NCBI RefSeq assembly: GCF_004010195.1
Contig: NC_057718.1
Coordinates: 46,792,878 to 46,851,038, forward strand
Length of the DNA stretch: 58,161 bases
Direction of reading: 5' to 3'
Source: Chiloscyllium plagiosum
Taxonomy: Eukaryota
This document shows positions 13,700 through 24,059 of the stretch, piece after piece. Position numbers and translations under genes: made by a program. Numbering within the stretch: position 1 is the stretch's first letter; each line of letters opens with the position of its first letter. The notes beneath the pieces are model-generated. The model did not search any database, was not told where the DNA came from, and saw only the letters and a program-made list of their open reading frames with translations.

Positions 13700-14023
13700 C
13701 AGCCTTGTGGTCCCTCAAGGAGTATGGCATCGGCTGGGGGCCTGAGTTGGGGCTTTGGTGGTCAGCAGCAAGGTGGCTGGTGAGCCCAATGAGCAGTGTC
13801 AGTGAGATCAGGCAGCCCCAGTTCTCCCAGCATCTAAAGGGGGAGATTGAGGCAGCACAGAGAGCGAGCCTGACATTGCTGAACTTTTAAGAAGGACCTT
13901 AGTTTTGAACTTTGAACATTATTTCTTTATTTTCCTATCTTGTCCCTAAGATGGCACTGAGAATGGTGACTTTGTACACTTTTCACTGTACTTGAGTACA
14001 TGAGACAATAAAATCTAATTCTA
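13700..14023 (+). mobile_element. Non-coding SINE-like repeat with Rex1-like 3' tail (related copy at about 55600-56143)
   Basis: CCTAAGATGGCAC...GGTGACTT.GTA...TCACTGTACTT...GACAATAAA plus a short repeat tail occurs in both copies. Embedded in CR1 debris at about 13080-14160. Confidence 0.55.
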
Positions 14024-14859
14024 ATGTTCTAGTTGCAGTCCAAGTCATTGTTAAAACAGTTAAAGTGTAAATATTTATACTCTGCCTCAACAAATAATGG
14101 ACAATATCCCAATGCCTTCTTAACCACTTTATCCGACTTTCACGATGTTAGGATATCCCATTATGCTTCATAGTGACTTTCTGTTATTTTAATGTAGAAG
14201 AAATGAAAGAGCAGGAGACTGTTAATGAGAAAAGAAACACATTTTCAGACCAGCTTCTTTACTGCCTCAAGCTGTAAACCACTGTCACTTTCTTTCTTAG
14301 CTTATTCCCCAGCTTTAAATAATCCCACTGACAAAATTAACCACGAACCACTTCAAACAGAATACTTATGTTTGTTTTTTTTAATGCTTTCTTGTACTCA
14401 GAATTATTTTTGTTTACTTTGTAACGTTTTGAATTGTGGCCATTATGACAGCATGTGTTGCTCAACTTGTTTTTCAATGGGTGGTGATCTGGTATCACTG
14501 CTACATTGGGCGTCCTCCCAATCTAATGTCTGGTAAAGAATAAACAGAACAGAATTCTGAAATGCAGGAAAGCAAAGTCAGGTACAATGATCCCAATGCT
14601 ATTGGCAAGGGTTTATGCGTGTTTGATTCGGTTTAGGTAATGTACACATTTTCATAAAACTATTTTAGCTCAAATTACTCTACTTTTCAAGTGGTACAGG
14701 TCACATTTCATGGAGTTTCTAATCATTTTCTACAGAAAGTGTTTGATTAAAAAAGTTACTTTTAGTGGAGCTTTAGAAAGCACAGGCCAGAAATTTGTAA
14801 ATGGCATTCCTGTTTTTAAGTTCATGAAATAAGATTTTAAGTTGTAGATACCTTCCTGG

Positions 14860-15345
14860 AAATATCTCAGGAAACATATTATTGCCATAGAGGGGGTGCG
14901 ACAAAGGCTCACCGGACTTGATCCTTTGATGGTGGGACTGTCCTATGAAGAGAGATTGGGCAAAATGGGCCTGTATCCTCTACAGTTTTGAAGAATGAGA
15001 GGTGATATCATTGAAACAAACAAAGACTTAAAGGAATAGACTTGGGAGATCTCGACAAGACTAAATCTCTGGTTGGGGAGTCTAGAACCGGGGGAGACAA
15101 AATTTAAAAACAAGAGGATGCTAATAGATGAGTAGGAATTATTTTACTGAAAAGGTTGTGAACCTGTAGAATTCTCCATCAGGGCTGGGGAGACCCAGTC
15201 TTTGAGTATGTTTACAGTAGAGATTGATAGATTTCTGATTACCAGGGCTTACGGGGTTATAGGGATAGAGTGCGTAAAAAGCATTAAAGTATTCAATCAA
15301 TCATGATCATATTGAATGGCAGGACAAACTTGATGGGCTGAATGG
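14860..15345 (+). mobile_element. CR1-type LINE 3' fragment
   Basis: Decayed GLSYEERL...RMRGDIIE and the 3' UTR GATGGGCTGAATGGC. Confidence 0.7.
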
Positions 15346-18300
15346 CATAACCACCAAATTGAAACTCCTTGTATCAAAGGAAGATTCCCCATTTAAATGT
15401 ATTTAATATCGGAGATGTGGTCCTTGTCATACTTTCAGATATCACATTATGTATCTTCCTGTAATCAACCACTGCTGGCTTGTGGGTGGCTGGGATAGTT
15501 TGTTACCGTCAAAGTCTATGGGAATGTCTAATATCAATGGTAGAAGAGAACTGCTATAGAGTCTTAACAAGAAGAGGCAAATGTCTCACAAAACAAGGCA
15601 TCATTTATTGCATGCTAGCAATAGGTACAATTAACATTAACGAGTTAAGCATATCTCTCACACCTGTCTCCATTAGAAAATCATGTAAGATTCCCTGTTT
15701 CTTCACCTCGAGGCTGTGTGACATCAACAGATTGAGTGAATCTAATGCCAATTCAACATTAACTCTTGCAGAACCATTACCTCATACAACATACTCAACC
15801 CATAATCTCCCATTCAGAAATGAAAGGAAGAAAGGACAATGCAAATACCAGAACAGCAATGTGGGAAAGAACCAAAAAGAATAGGTTTTGTTTTTCCTGT
15901 TTGCTCTCAAATAAAGCTACATTTCGAAAATAGTCAGTTGATTTTTGCAAGATCAATTGCCACGTACTCACTCATGTTTCCTGCCTTAAAATGGCCAGCT
16001 TGTCTTTCCTAACTTTCCTCGTGTTTCACACAGCCGTTAACTATCCAAACAATTACAAAACAACTTTTATACCGGGTTTCCAACTACTTTATAACACAGT
16101 GGGTAGCACTTAAAGAAATGGGTCATAATTTTTCCACAGCTAAATAATGAAACAATTTTATTTGGGTGTACTTAAAATTGGGTGTAGCTCGATAACCATA
16201 CGTAAAATGAAGCAATAATTACTTAGCAAAACAGCATCACTGTATTGATGTTTTCATAATTTCTTAGGGCTGCATTTAGTTTAAGCTTACATGGAACACA
16301 CAAGTCTTTCATCAAAATGATCCTGTTGGGAACTGAGAATTCTGCTTTTAAAAAACATATTCCAAACTATGTGAGGACCAACACGTATGCGCACATCCAC
16401 AAAAACACACAGTACCTTCCGAGAGCCCAAGGTTTATAACTATGTTTAGTCTAAGCTAGATATTTGATTTAAAAAGTAGTCATTTGTCACTGGAATGCCA
16501 AGACTGCTCAATTTCAGCTTCACCAAACCCTCACAACAGCTGTTAAAGTTATGGAATTGACAATCACTGCATTCCATGCATTCATGAAATAACCGTAATT
16601 CAAAGTCAGACAAAGGAAACCACAATAAAGTGGATATCTAAGTTACTTGCTCTAGTGTTCTAACAGTGGTAGCAATGAACAACGAGGTTTATTGATATCT
16701 AATAGAAAGATCTTTGCTTCTGACCTGTCAATACACTGTACCAAGCAATGAGTGCACTATGTTCAGTTCTGGGTTCTGTCCCTCAGGAAGGATATGTTTT
16801 CTTTCGATGGAATACACTGCAGAATTTCGATTTAGTGATTCATGAATTGTAACCAGGTTATTATTATTTGTAAAGGGAAGTTGCTTAATTGAAGAATAGG
16901 TGGATGTTGTAGTACACCTTTAAGTGGATGTAATTATGTTTATCGTATGCATCATTAGAGGGGAAATGATGCAATGTATCATGTGATTCAGACTTAGTTT
17001 TAGGTTGTTCTAAGGAAGCTACCAACTTGACATGTGTACAAGTTCTCCAACAGTGTAATACTGCTCCAACTTCCCAAATTCTTCATAAACAAACTTCCAT
17101 ATTTTTATTTTAACCACTCCTTTTTGCATGGTTGGTGCCTCGATGTTTCTCTACTAAATTAACACAAGGAAAAGACAAGCACAACAGCCCTGTCACAGAT
17201 ATTAATGGACATTCAGAGATGCAGATACAGAAGTTTAGGATGGTAAAGTCAGAGATTCAATAAGAAGTGGGTTGTATATGATAGAGGTGATTGGCATTTT
17301 GGGTGTAGGCTGGAAACTCTTTATTGCTTGGTATTGCCACTGAGGAAGCACTGGCTGCTACAGGTGCTATACCCACCTGAGACTTAGGATCACCGATGGA
17401 GCCAAGCAGAATGGAGTGACAAAATGGGTGGAGGGGGGGCATTGGGACAGCAGTCACCGGGGAGTAGGGAGTCAGCAGCAAGGCCATGGGTAGCTGTCAA
17501 CAGGCTTTAATCAGAATGCCTTTGAATGGAGGACTCCTCTACCCCCAGCCGCTGGGTAAGTAACAGCGACAGTGGAATCAGGCCCAGGATCTCGACTAGT
17601 AGCAGAAGGGCAAGGTCATCTATGAGTTTTCCCACTGCAGAGTTTATCAATGCAATGGGAGCAAGGCGGGGGGGCCCTACCCATCATTCTTCCTGCCCAA
17701 CCCCTAAACCCACCAGGTGGAACAGCATTTCATTTTACCCAACCATGAAAAAAAGAGTTGGGAATATGAAGCAACATCAATCAACCATTCTTCAAGGTCA
17801 GAGTGAACTGGGAAGCAGTTGCCTTTGACCATAATTTTTCTTCAACCATTTTATACAAGACAGAGTTGAGAGAGAAGTTGACAATTCAGGAGCAGAATTG
17901 CTGGCAGATTTTTGTCTTTGGCTTAGAAGCCCTAAATTCATGGGCATTGTGCCCTCACCCGAGACACTTTGGAGGCCATATCAAAACACAAAACAGAAAC
18001 GGAATATGGTACTTTTACAACGTGCATGTATCTGTATTACATTAGACGGTATATTTACCACTGTCTATTGAATCATTGAGACCTCAAATAGCCAACATTG
18101 TAACGGTAAAGTCCATCAGCCTTTTCTTTAACTGGAAATTTAAGAGACAACATAGTGGGACATCAAAACCTTTTTCAGCTTAAAACATTTAAAAAGTCAA
18201 ATTTACATCAGACATTTAGTGCAGCTAATGTGCAGAAGCTGCGGTGGAAGATCATTGCTTGTAGGTGATATTGTTTGCTGACAGTACACAGCACAGAGCA

Positions 18301-18423
18301 ATAGACATACACACCCATTGGGCACAATAAACTTTCCAATTTGGACATTATATCATCCACCGTTCTCCATGTCATATACAGAGCAAGTTATTGGTGTCAG
18401 TTTTTTTCCAATCTCCATGTCAT

Positions 18424-18865
18424 ACAGTCATAGAGTCATAGCGATGTACAGCACAGAAACAGACCCTTCAATCCAACTCATCCATACCAACCAGATATCT
18501 CAACATAATCTAGTCCCATTTGCTAGCACTTGGCCCATATCCCTCTAAACCCTTCCTATTCATATACCCATCTAGATGCCTTTTAAATGCTATAATTGTA
18601 CCAGCCTCCACCACTTCATCTGGCAGCTCATTCCATACACGCACCACCCTCTGCGTGAAAACGTTGCCCCTTAGGTCTCTTTTATATCTTTCCCCTCTCA
18701 CCCTAAACCTATGCCCCCTGGTTCTGGACTCCCACACTCTAGGGAAGAGACCTTGATTATTTATCCTATCCATGCCCCTCCATGATTTTATAAACCTCTA
18801 TAAGGTCACACGCCAGCCTCTGACGCACCAGGGAAAACAGCACCAGCCTATTCAGCCTCTCCCTA
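18424..18865 (-). mobile_element. CR1/HER1 LINE 3' end (young)
   Basis: ORF 18510-18773 RTRGHRFRVRGERYKRDLRGNVFTQRVVRVWNELP, with a GTCATAGA tail repeat. Confidence 0.9.
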
Positions 18866-19250
18866 TATATGTCAAACTCCTAAATTTGGTGATCAGCTTT
18901 ATTTTAAATATTTTACCACACACACTAAAATAATACCATTCATAATACCTAAACTCAAGGTGACTTATGTGCACTTGTACTATTCATTATAAATTTTCCA
19001 ATTTTTAGTTCACTATGAATTAAAAACTGCAATGGGACTGCAGATTTGTCTCAGATCCACATATCCCATTGGCTGTGAGTCCATTGGAGACAGTGGTCTT
19101 GCAACATTGGAGGAAAGAAAAGGTTCCACAACAACCGTAACTATTGCAAATCTTAATTTGAAAACATTAAATGTTAATGTTTGAAAAGGGTCTACTGTCC
19201 TTCCTAAAAATACCAAGCCGGAGCTGGGTAGTGAGACATGCAAATCACTG

Positions 19251-19738
19251 TGACAGAAGTGGGGACTGCGGATGCTAGAGATTAGAGTCAAGATTAGAGT
19301 AGTGCTGGAAAAGGACAGCAAGTCAGACAGCATCCGCAGAGCAGGAAAAATCGACATTTCAAGGTGCAGTGGGGAAAGACCACCATGTAACGTCTGCCTG
19401 CCAAAGAAGAACAGGGGGCCCACTCAGTAAGTGGGCTCTGCTGAAGCCTAAACTAAATATATGGATGGTAAACGTACAGACCTGTATATATGAATGATTA
19501 ATTCCGATCTCTGTATGTAAAGAAATGCAAGGTGCGCCTATGAATGGCACCACCAATTGTACAGATCATCAACATATTTTATGAATAAAGTATAGTTTTG
19601 AAATAAATAAAAAATCCGACGTTTTGGGCAAAAGCCCTTCATCAGGAATGAAGAAGGGCTTTTGCCCAAAACATCGCTTTACCTGCTCCTCTGATGCTGC
19701 CTGACCTGCTGTGCTTTTCCAGCACCCCGCTAATCTTG
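19251..19738 (-). mobile_element. Inverted (fold-back) Penelope-terminus element with 13-bp TSD, containing a nested Tx1 3' end
   Basis: ATGCAAATCACTG at 19238-19250 and 19739-19751. Two opposed decayed hammerhead motifs lie at 19618-19675. Confidence 0.8.
19361..19614 (+). mobile_element. Tx1-like LINE 3' end (last codons, 3' UTR, AATAAA, A tail)
   Basis: Clear similarity to 39257-39509 (AAGG.GCAGTGGGGAAAGACCACC.TGTAA...ATGAATAAAGTATA). Confidence 0.8.
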
Positions 19739-20924
19739 ATGCAAATCACTGCTCCCATTCACAAGCCAATGGAAATTTTCTGTCGAATGACAATTACACT
19801 GTGAAGAATAATTACAATTGCTAATTAGTTTTGCATCACACATACAATAGAGAGCTATTGACACTAACCAAAGTCATGAATTTCATAATCAAAATTTCAT
19901 CTCATCAATAATGACTGGAAGTGACCCATGTCCCACTACTGAAACAACAATACAATGGGGCATCATAGCCGTTTACAAATTAGAAGTTACATTTTAAAGA
20001 TTAATTAAACATTAAAAAGTCAGCTTTTCATTAGCTATTTTATACTGCACCAGTTCCCATGTAACGTTTTGACCAGGAACTCTTTATCTTCCCCTCCTGT
20101 GAGAATTCACAACATACTAGAACAGATGTTATAAATTTTGAATCCAACACTGAGTTTCATGGACTGCAAAGTGTGTGTTGACAACCCTAGCAGAGGTGAG
20201 TAAGCCCTGTGGGATTTTCCATGCATTCAGCTCAAAGGGAAAGAAAATCCTGAAAAGTCCACTGAACTCCCAATCTGAATTCCCAGCAGATCCCACGGTT
20301 TGCAAGGTTACACGTTGGAAGTGAAAATTCTTCGAATCTATGCTTCAACATCCAGTAAAATATCAGAATGCATTAGCATCAGCAGCAACGGGAAAACAAA
20401 GCCCGATCCAAGATGATTGACCTTGGCTTACAATGCTACAGAGGTTAAAGATATCCTTTAACAAAACAAAGTCAAATCATGTTTGAACATATGAACCTCA
20501 GTGGGTGAAACATTCAGTGCTCAAATGAAGCCCAGTTCCTGTGGTTTCTTCAAATGCTGTGCACATGCTTGTCTTAGCTGATTGCATAAACCACAATGGG
20601 ACTCATGAAGTCTCGCGACCCTTTATCTCACAGTTTTGCACATGGAGATTACAATGAATGAAACCTCTTCTGCAAATGGGATGAGATGAAATAGTGAATA
20701 AATATTACCACATCTAACTGGTGTGGATTCGTCCACTTCATTGGTCACAGACTCTAATTCCTTTGTTAGGTCACCAAGAGGTTAACTAAATCATAATGTG
20801 AGGTTTCTTTTCCACACCCACTCCCATAAATTATTTAGGGGTAAATCTTTGAAGCTGACTTCTGAGTAATGGTGACTAAATATATCAGCGTTGTTGTAAT
20901 TCTTACCAGTACAGAATGAGAAAT

Positions 20925-21285
20925 GTACAGAATACTGACCAGCCTGGACAGAGTGGACATTGAGCAGAGGTTTCCATTTGCAGGAGATACCCAAGGGCAC
21001 AGCCTAGGAGTAAAGGTAATACCCTTTAGAACAGAGATAAGGAGAAACATCTTTAGCCGGAATGTGGTGAATCCTGGAATTCATTGCTAACAGAAGGCTG
21101 TGGAGGCCAGGTCATTAAGTATATTTAAAACAGAGATAGATAAGTTCTTGATTGCCAAGGGGATCAAAGGTTAGAGGGAGAAAGCGGGAAAATGGGGTTG
21201 AAAAACTTCTCATCCATGATTGAATGGCGGAGTAGACTTGATGGGCTGAATGGCTTATTTTCTGCTCCTATGTCTTATGGTCTCA
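20925..21285 (+). mobile_element. CR1-type LINE 3' fragment
   Basis: GHSLGVK..PFRTEIRRN-like sequence, ending in a TCCTATGTCTTATGGTC tail. Confidence 0.75.
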
Positions 21286-21765
21286 TGGAGAAAGGTCAAT
21301 TCATAATTCAACTCAGGAAATGTGGATTGAAAGTAATGCATTTTACTTTAGGGGAATCAAATTGCCAAACAAAGCATTAGATCATCCAATATTTTGTAGA
21401 TTATGTGTCACTCCTTGTGAATATTGAATCTTTTTCTCTCTTGCCTTTTATGTATAAATAAAATAAATTGTAGTAAGTCAAGAGTTAAAACTTTAATCTA
21501 TCCAGCTTTTTCAAGCAGCTGGCAGTTGACCCAATTTAAATGACTTGATGATAATCGATGGAACAAAATGAACTCTTGCGTAAATATTTCATATTCCTGG
21601 CTTCTTGCACAGGAATTCTCCTTTGGTTTCCTAGCAACAGGACTGCCTGACATGACCTTCCTTGGAGCTTAATATCAATTTTCATAGACCTAGTGCATGG
21701 ATTATTCCATTTAATGAATATTTAGCAAACAAAATGGCTCAGAAAAGCTAAGTAAACCGATCAAA

Positions 21766-21774
21766 TAAGGATAC
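21766..21774 (-). promoter_or_regulatory. U12-type (minor spliceosome) 5' splice site GTATCCTTA
   Basis: Immediately follows the exon, exactly where vasohibin similarity ends. Matches the U12 consensus RTATCCTT rather than U2 GTRAGT. Confidence 0.85.
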
Positions 21775-21849
21775 ATTCCAAGAATCACAGCTTCAAGGCA
21801 TTTAATTGGCAATGATTCACGCGTCATTTCTCTGGCTGTGTCCATTAAC
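21775..21849 (-). CDS. VASH2: Internal 75-nt coding exon of a vasohibin (tubulin detyrosinase), VASH2-like, containing the catalytic Cys
   Basis: The minus strand reads ...ttttcctcttcctgtactcctcag|G TTA ATG GAC ACA GCC AGA GAA ATG ACG CGT GAA TCA TTG CCA ATT AAA TGC CTT GAA GCT GTG ATT CTT GGA AT|gtatcctt = (G)LMDTAREMTRESLPIKCLEAVILG(I). This matches the vasohibin LPIKCLEAVILG motif. TA.EMTRES fits VASH2 better than VASH1 (LAKEMTKEA), but paralog assignment rests on only 24 aa. The Cys codon is at 21798-21800. Confidence 0.9.
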
Positions 21850-21900
21850 CTGAGGAGTACAGGAAGAGGAAAATAATTAGCATCAGTAAAAATAAACAAA
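21850..21900 (-). promoter_or_regulatory. U2-type 3' splice site (branch-like TACTGAT/TGCTAAT, polypyrimidine tract, CAG)
   Basis: The minus strand reads tttgtttatttttactgatgctaattattttcctcttcctgtactcctcag directly before the exon. Confidence 0.8.
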
Positions 21901-22094
21901 TTCTTCAAATAGGCAGCAAACAAAAAGAAACTAAGCATTATCTGCAATTTTGGCATTTTCTCCTTTCTTTACAAGAGACTAAAACTGGTGCAAAATAGCA
22001 AACTGAATAGATAAACGGCATTCAGTTCAGTTCCAAGAGTAACTGCTAATGGAAAACAATAATTCCTGTACGGTTATGAATAAAACAGAAAATA

Positions 22095-22447
22095 ACTTGG
22101 ATTTATACCACATCTTCAACCTCAGCAAGATGTTCCAAAGTGTTTTACAGCCAATTTGTTAGTTATGAAATGTCATCACTCCTGCTATAGAGGGAAGCAT
22201 GGCTGTTAATTTACACAGCAAGATCCCACAAAAAACAGCAAGATAAAAACAGTTTATCTGTTCTTAGGGTACTGGTTGAGATATAAATGTTATTCAGGAT
22301 GTCTCTTCAAATTATACCTCCAAAAGACAGCACCCACAACATTCTCTCTGTCCTGTACCCATTGTCAGCCGAAGAATTGTACTCAAGCCCTGGAATGGGG
22401 CTAGAAACTTCCAGAATTCAGGCCAATCTACCAAGCTACACTGACAT
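22095..22447 (-). mobile_element. Deu-domain SINE, second decayed copy
   Basis: Shares GCATGGCTG..AATTT.CACAGCAAGATCCCACAAA and AAAGACAGCA blocks with 3930-4372. Confidence 0.55.
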
Positions 22448-22685
22448 AATGTGCTTGTTTTACAATTTGCTCAAGGTTTCTTTCCATTAAAATCAGGCAA
22501 GATGAAACTTGGGTGTTGGCCAGCTAATGCCTGTCTGATGGTAGATTGGTACTTTTATGCCATGGCTCCATGTCAATATTTAAGACCAAACTGGATTGGT
22601 ACACAGCGAATAGGACTAAGAGAATGAGAAGGCAAATGTGTTTAGGATTATTTTCATATGGGATGGTAAACACTGAGAGAGAGAG

Positions 22686-23342
22686 AGTGATGATGCTGTT
22701 CCTTTAACAAGGTTATGCTGTCCTTGGTTTTTTTCCCGGGAGGTCGTAAAAACATAGGTTCTGGAAAATCTGGGCTAGGATGGGTTCTAGGCCAATTTGA
22801 TTATAGCTAACAGATACTGCCTCAGGAAAAAGGCTTTCACGTTTTTTTTCGAAACACTTGTACAATGAAAGGGGAGTGGCCAGTTCTCCCAGCTCAGCTT
22901 TTCTCTGGTTTGGTTTGGTTTTGGCAGTCTGGCTATTCACTGAAAGCAGTTTTGAGGCTGCTGATCCAAGGAACAGGTACATGGAAGAGGGTGTTCCATG
23001 CTGTCATCTCTCTCTCTCTCTCTCCTGTAAGACCCTGTGTTTGCTTCTACCTTTTGTGCCAAGGGGTGTTTATGGGGATTGTTGCAAGTATTTGAAATAG
23101 CATCATTAAATTAGGATCATCTATTGGGATTTGGGATAGGTTAAGTTATTCGGTATTCTGTTCTCTTTTGATTGTGTTTCATTTTGTAATATTGTAAATA
23201 AATTCTGTTTTGTTTAAAACTAAGTGGTTTGACCAGCTGCTCCTGGAGTATCGGCATTACACCTGCTTAAGACAACTGGCAAAGTTAGGGTTTGGGCTAA
23301 TTTTTTGACATGTTTTGAGGGGGTCTAGCCTGGTCCATAACA
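22686..23342 (+). mobile_element. Solo LTR related to 6403-7136
   Basis: Ends CTGGTCCATAACA, with an internal AATAAA near 23197. The 5' end is eroded next to a (GA)n tract and no TSD is evident. Confidence 0.6.
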
Positions 23343-24059
23343 GAAGGGTTGGGCTGAATGACCCAGTTCTCTTGTCTAACATCAATATATTTCTCTGCAT
23401 CTGAGGGCAAATTGGATTTGAACTGTCACGGAACTGATTTAATGACAAGAGTGGCATAAATCCAATTACTTATCTGAAATCAATAATCAACATTTGCCAT
23501 AAGTTTCTTGATTGATTAAAACAAGGCCAGCAGATAGGGACTACATGTGTCAATCCCAGTTCAGTTCATCTATTTTGAGAAGATGGATTAACTGACTCAG
23601 GCTGGAGTGATTTGCACAGCGACCCGAATGTAACACTCTAAAAGTAACAATGTCAGGATTCTATTTACAGGAGTCAGAGCTATTAAAAAATCCAGCAGAA
23701 CCATTGGGCCTTGCCATCTTCCACCAAAACAGTGCATTATACAGGATTATCTTGGAATGCAAAAGTAGCTCATGATTCAGTTTGTCCAGATGAATGATAA
23801 CCCATCTCCCCTAGCTCCTTCACCTCTAATATCAGGTGTGTCAAGCTTGTGGTCTTCTTTGTCATGAAGATCTGCCTTCCCCCTGGCTCACACAACCATA
23901 TTTATTCTAAAGAGTGCCCTGTTCTAGACCTAAACTCACATTAATCTCCATTTTCTCCTCCATTTCCCCTCACGCTCTCAACAAGCTCATCTTGCAATGA
24001 TAACCAGCTTCTTCTCCATCGAACACATTCAGGAATGCTCAGCATATCCTTCCATGACT

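Noticed and set aside
16905..17186. Possible small solo LTR (TGTTGT...ACAACA)
   Set aside because: No TSD and no second copy in the window, and a 6-bp inverted end can occur by chance.
21711..21956. 81-aa ORF as a complete gene
   Set aside because: Only 21775-21849 resembles vasohibin. The rest is intron read-through, and the 'GM' arises from AT|GT at the donor.
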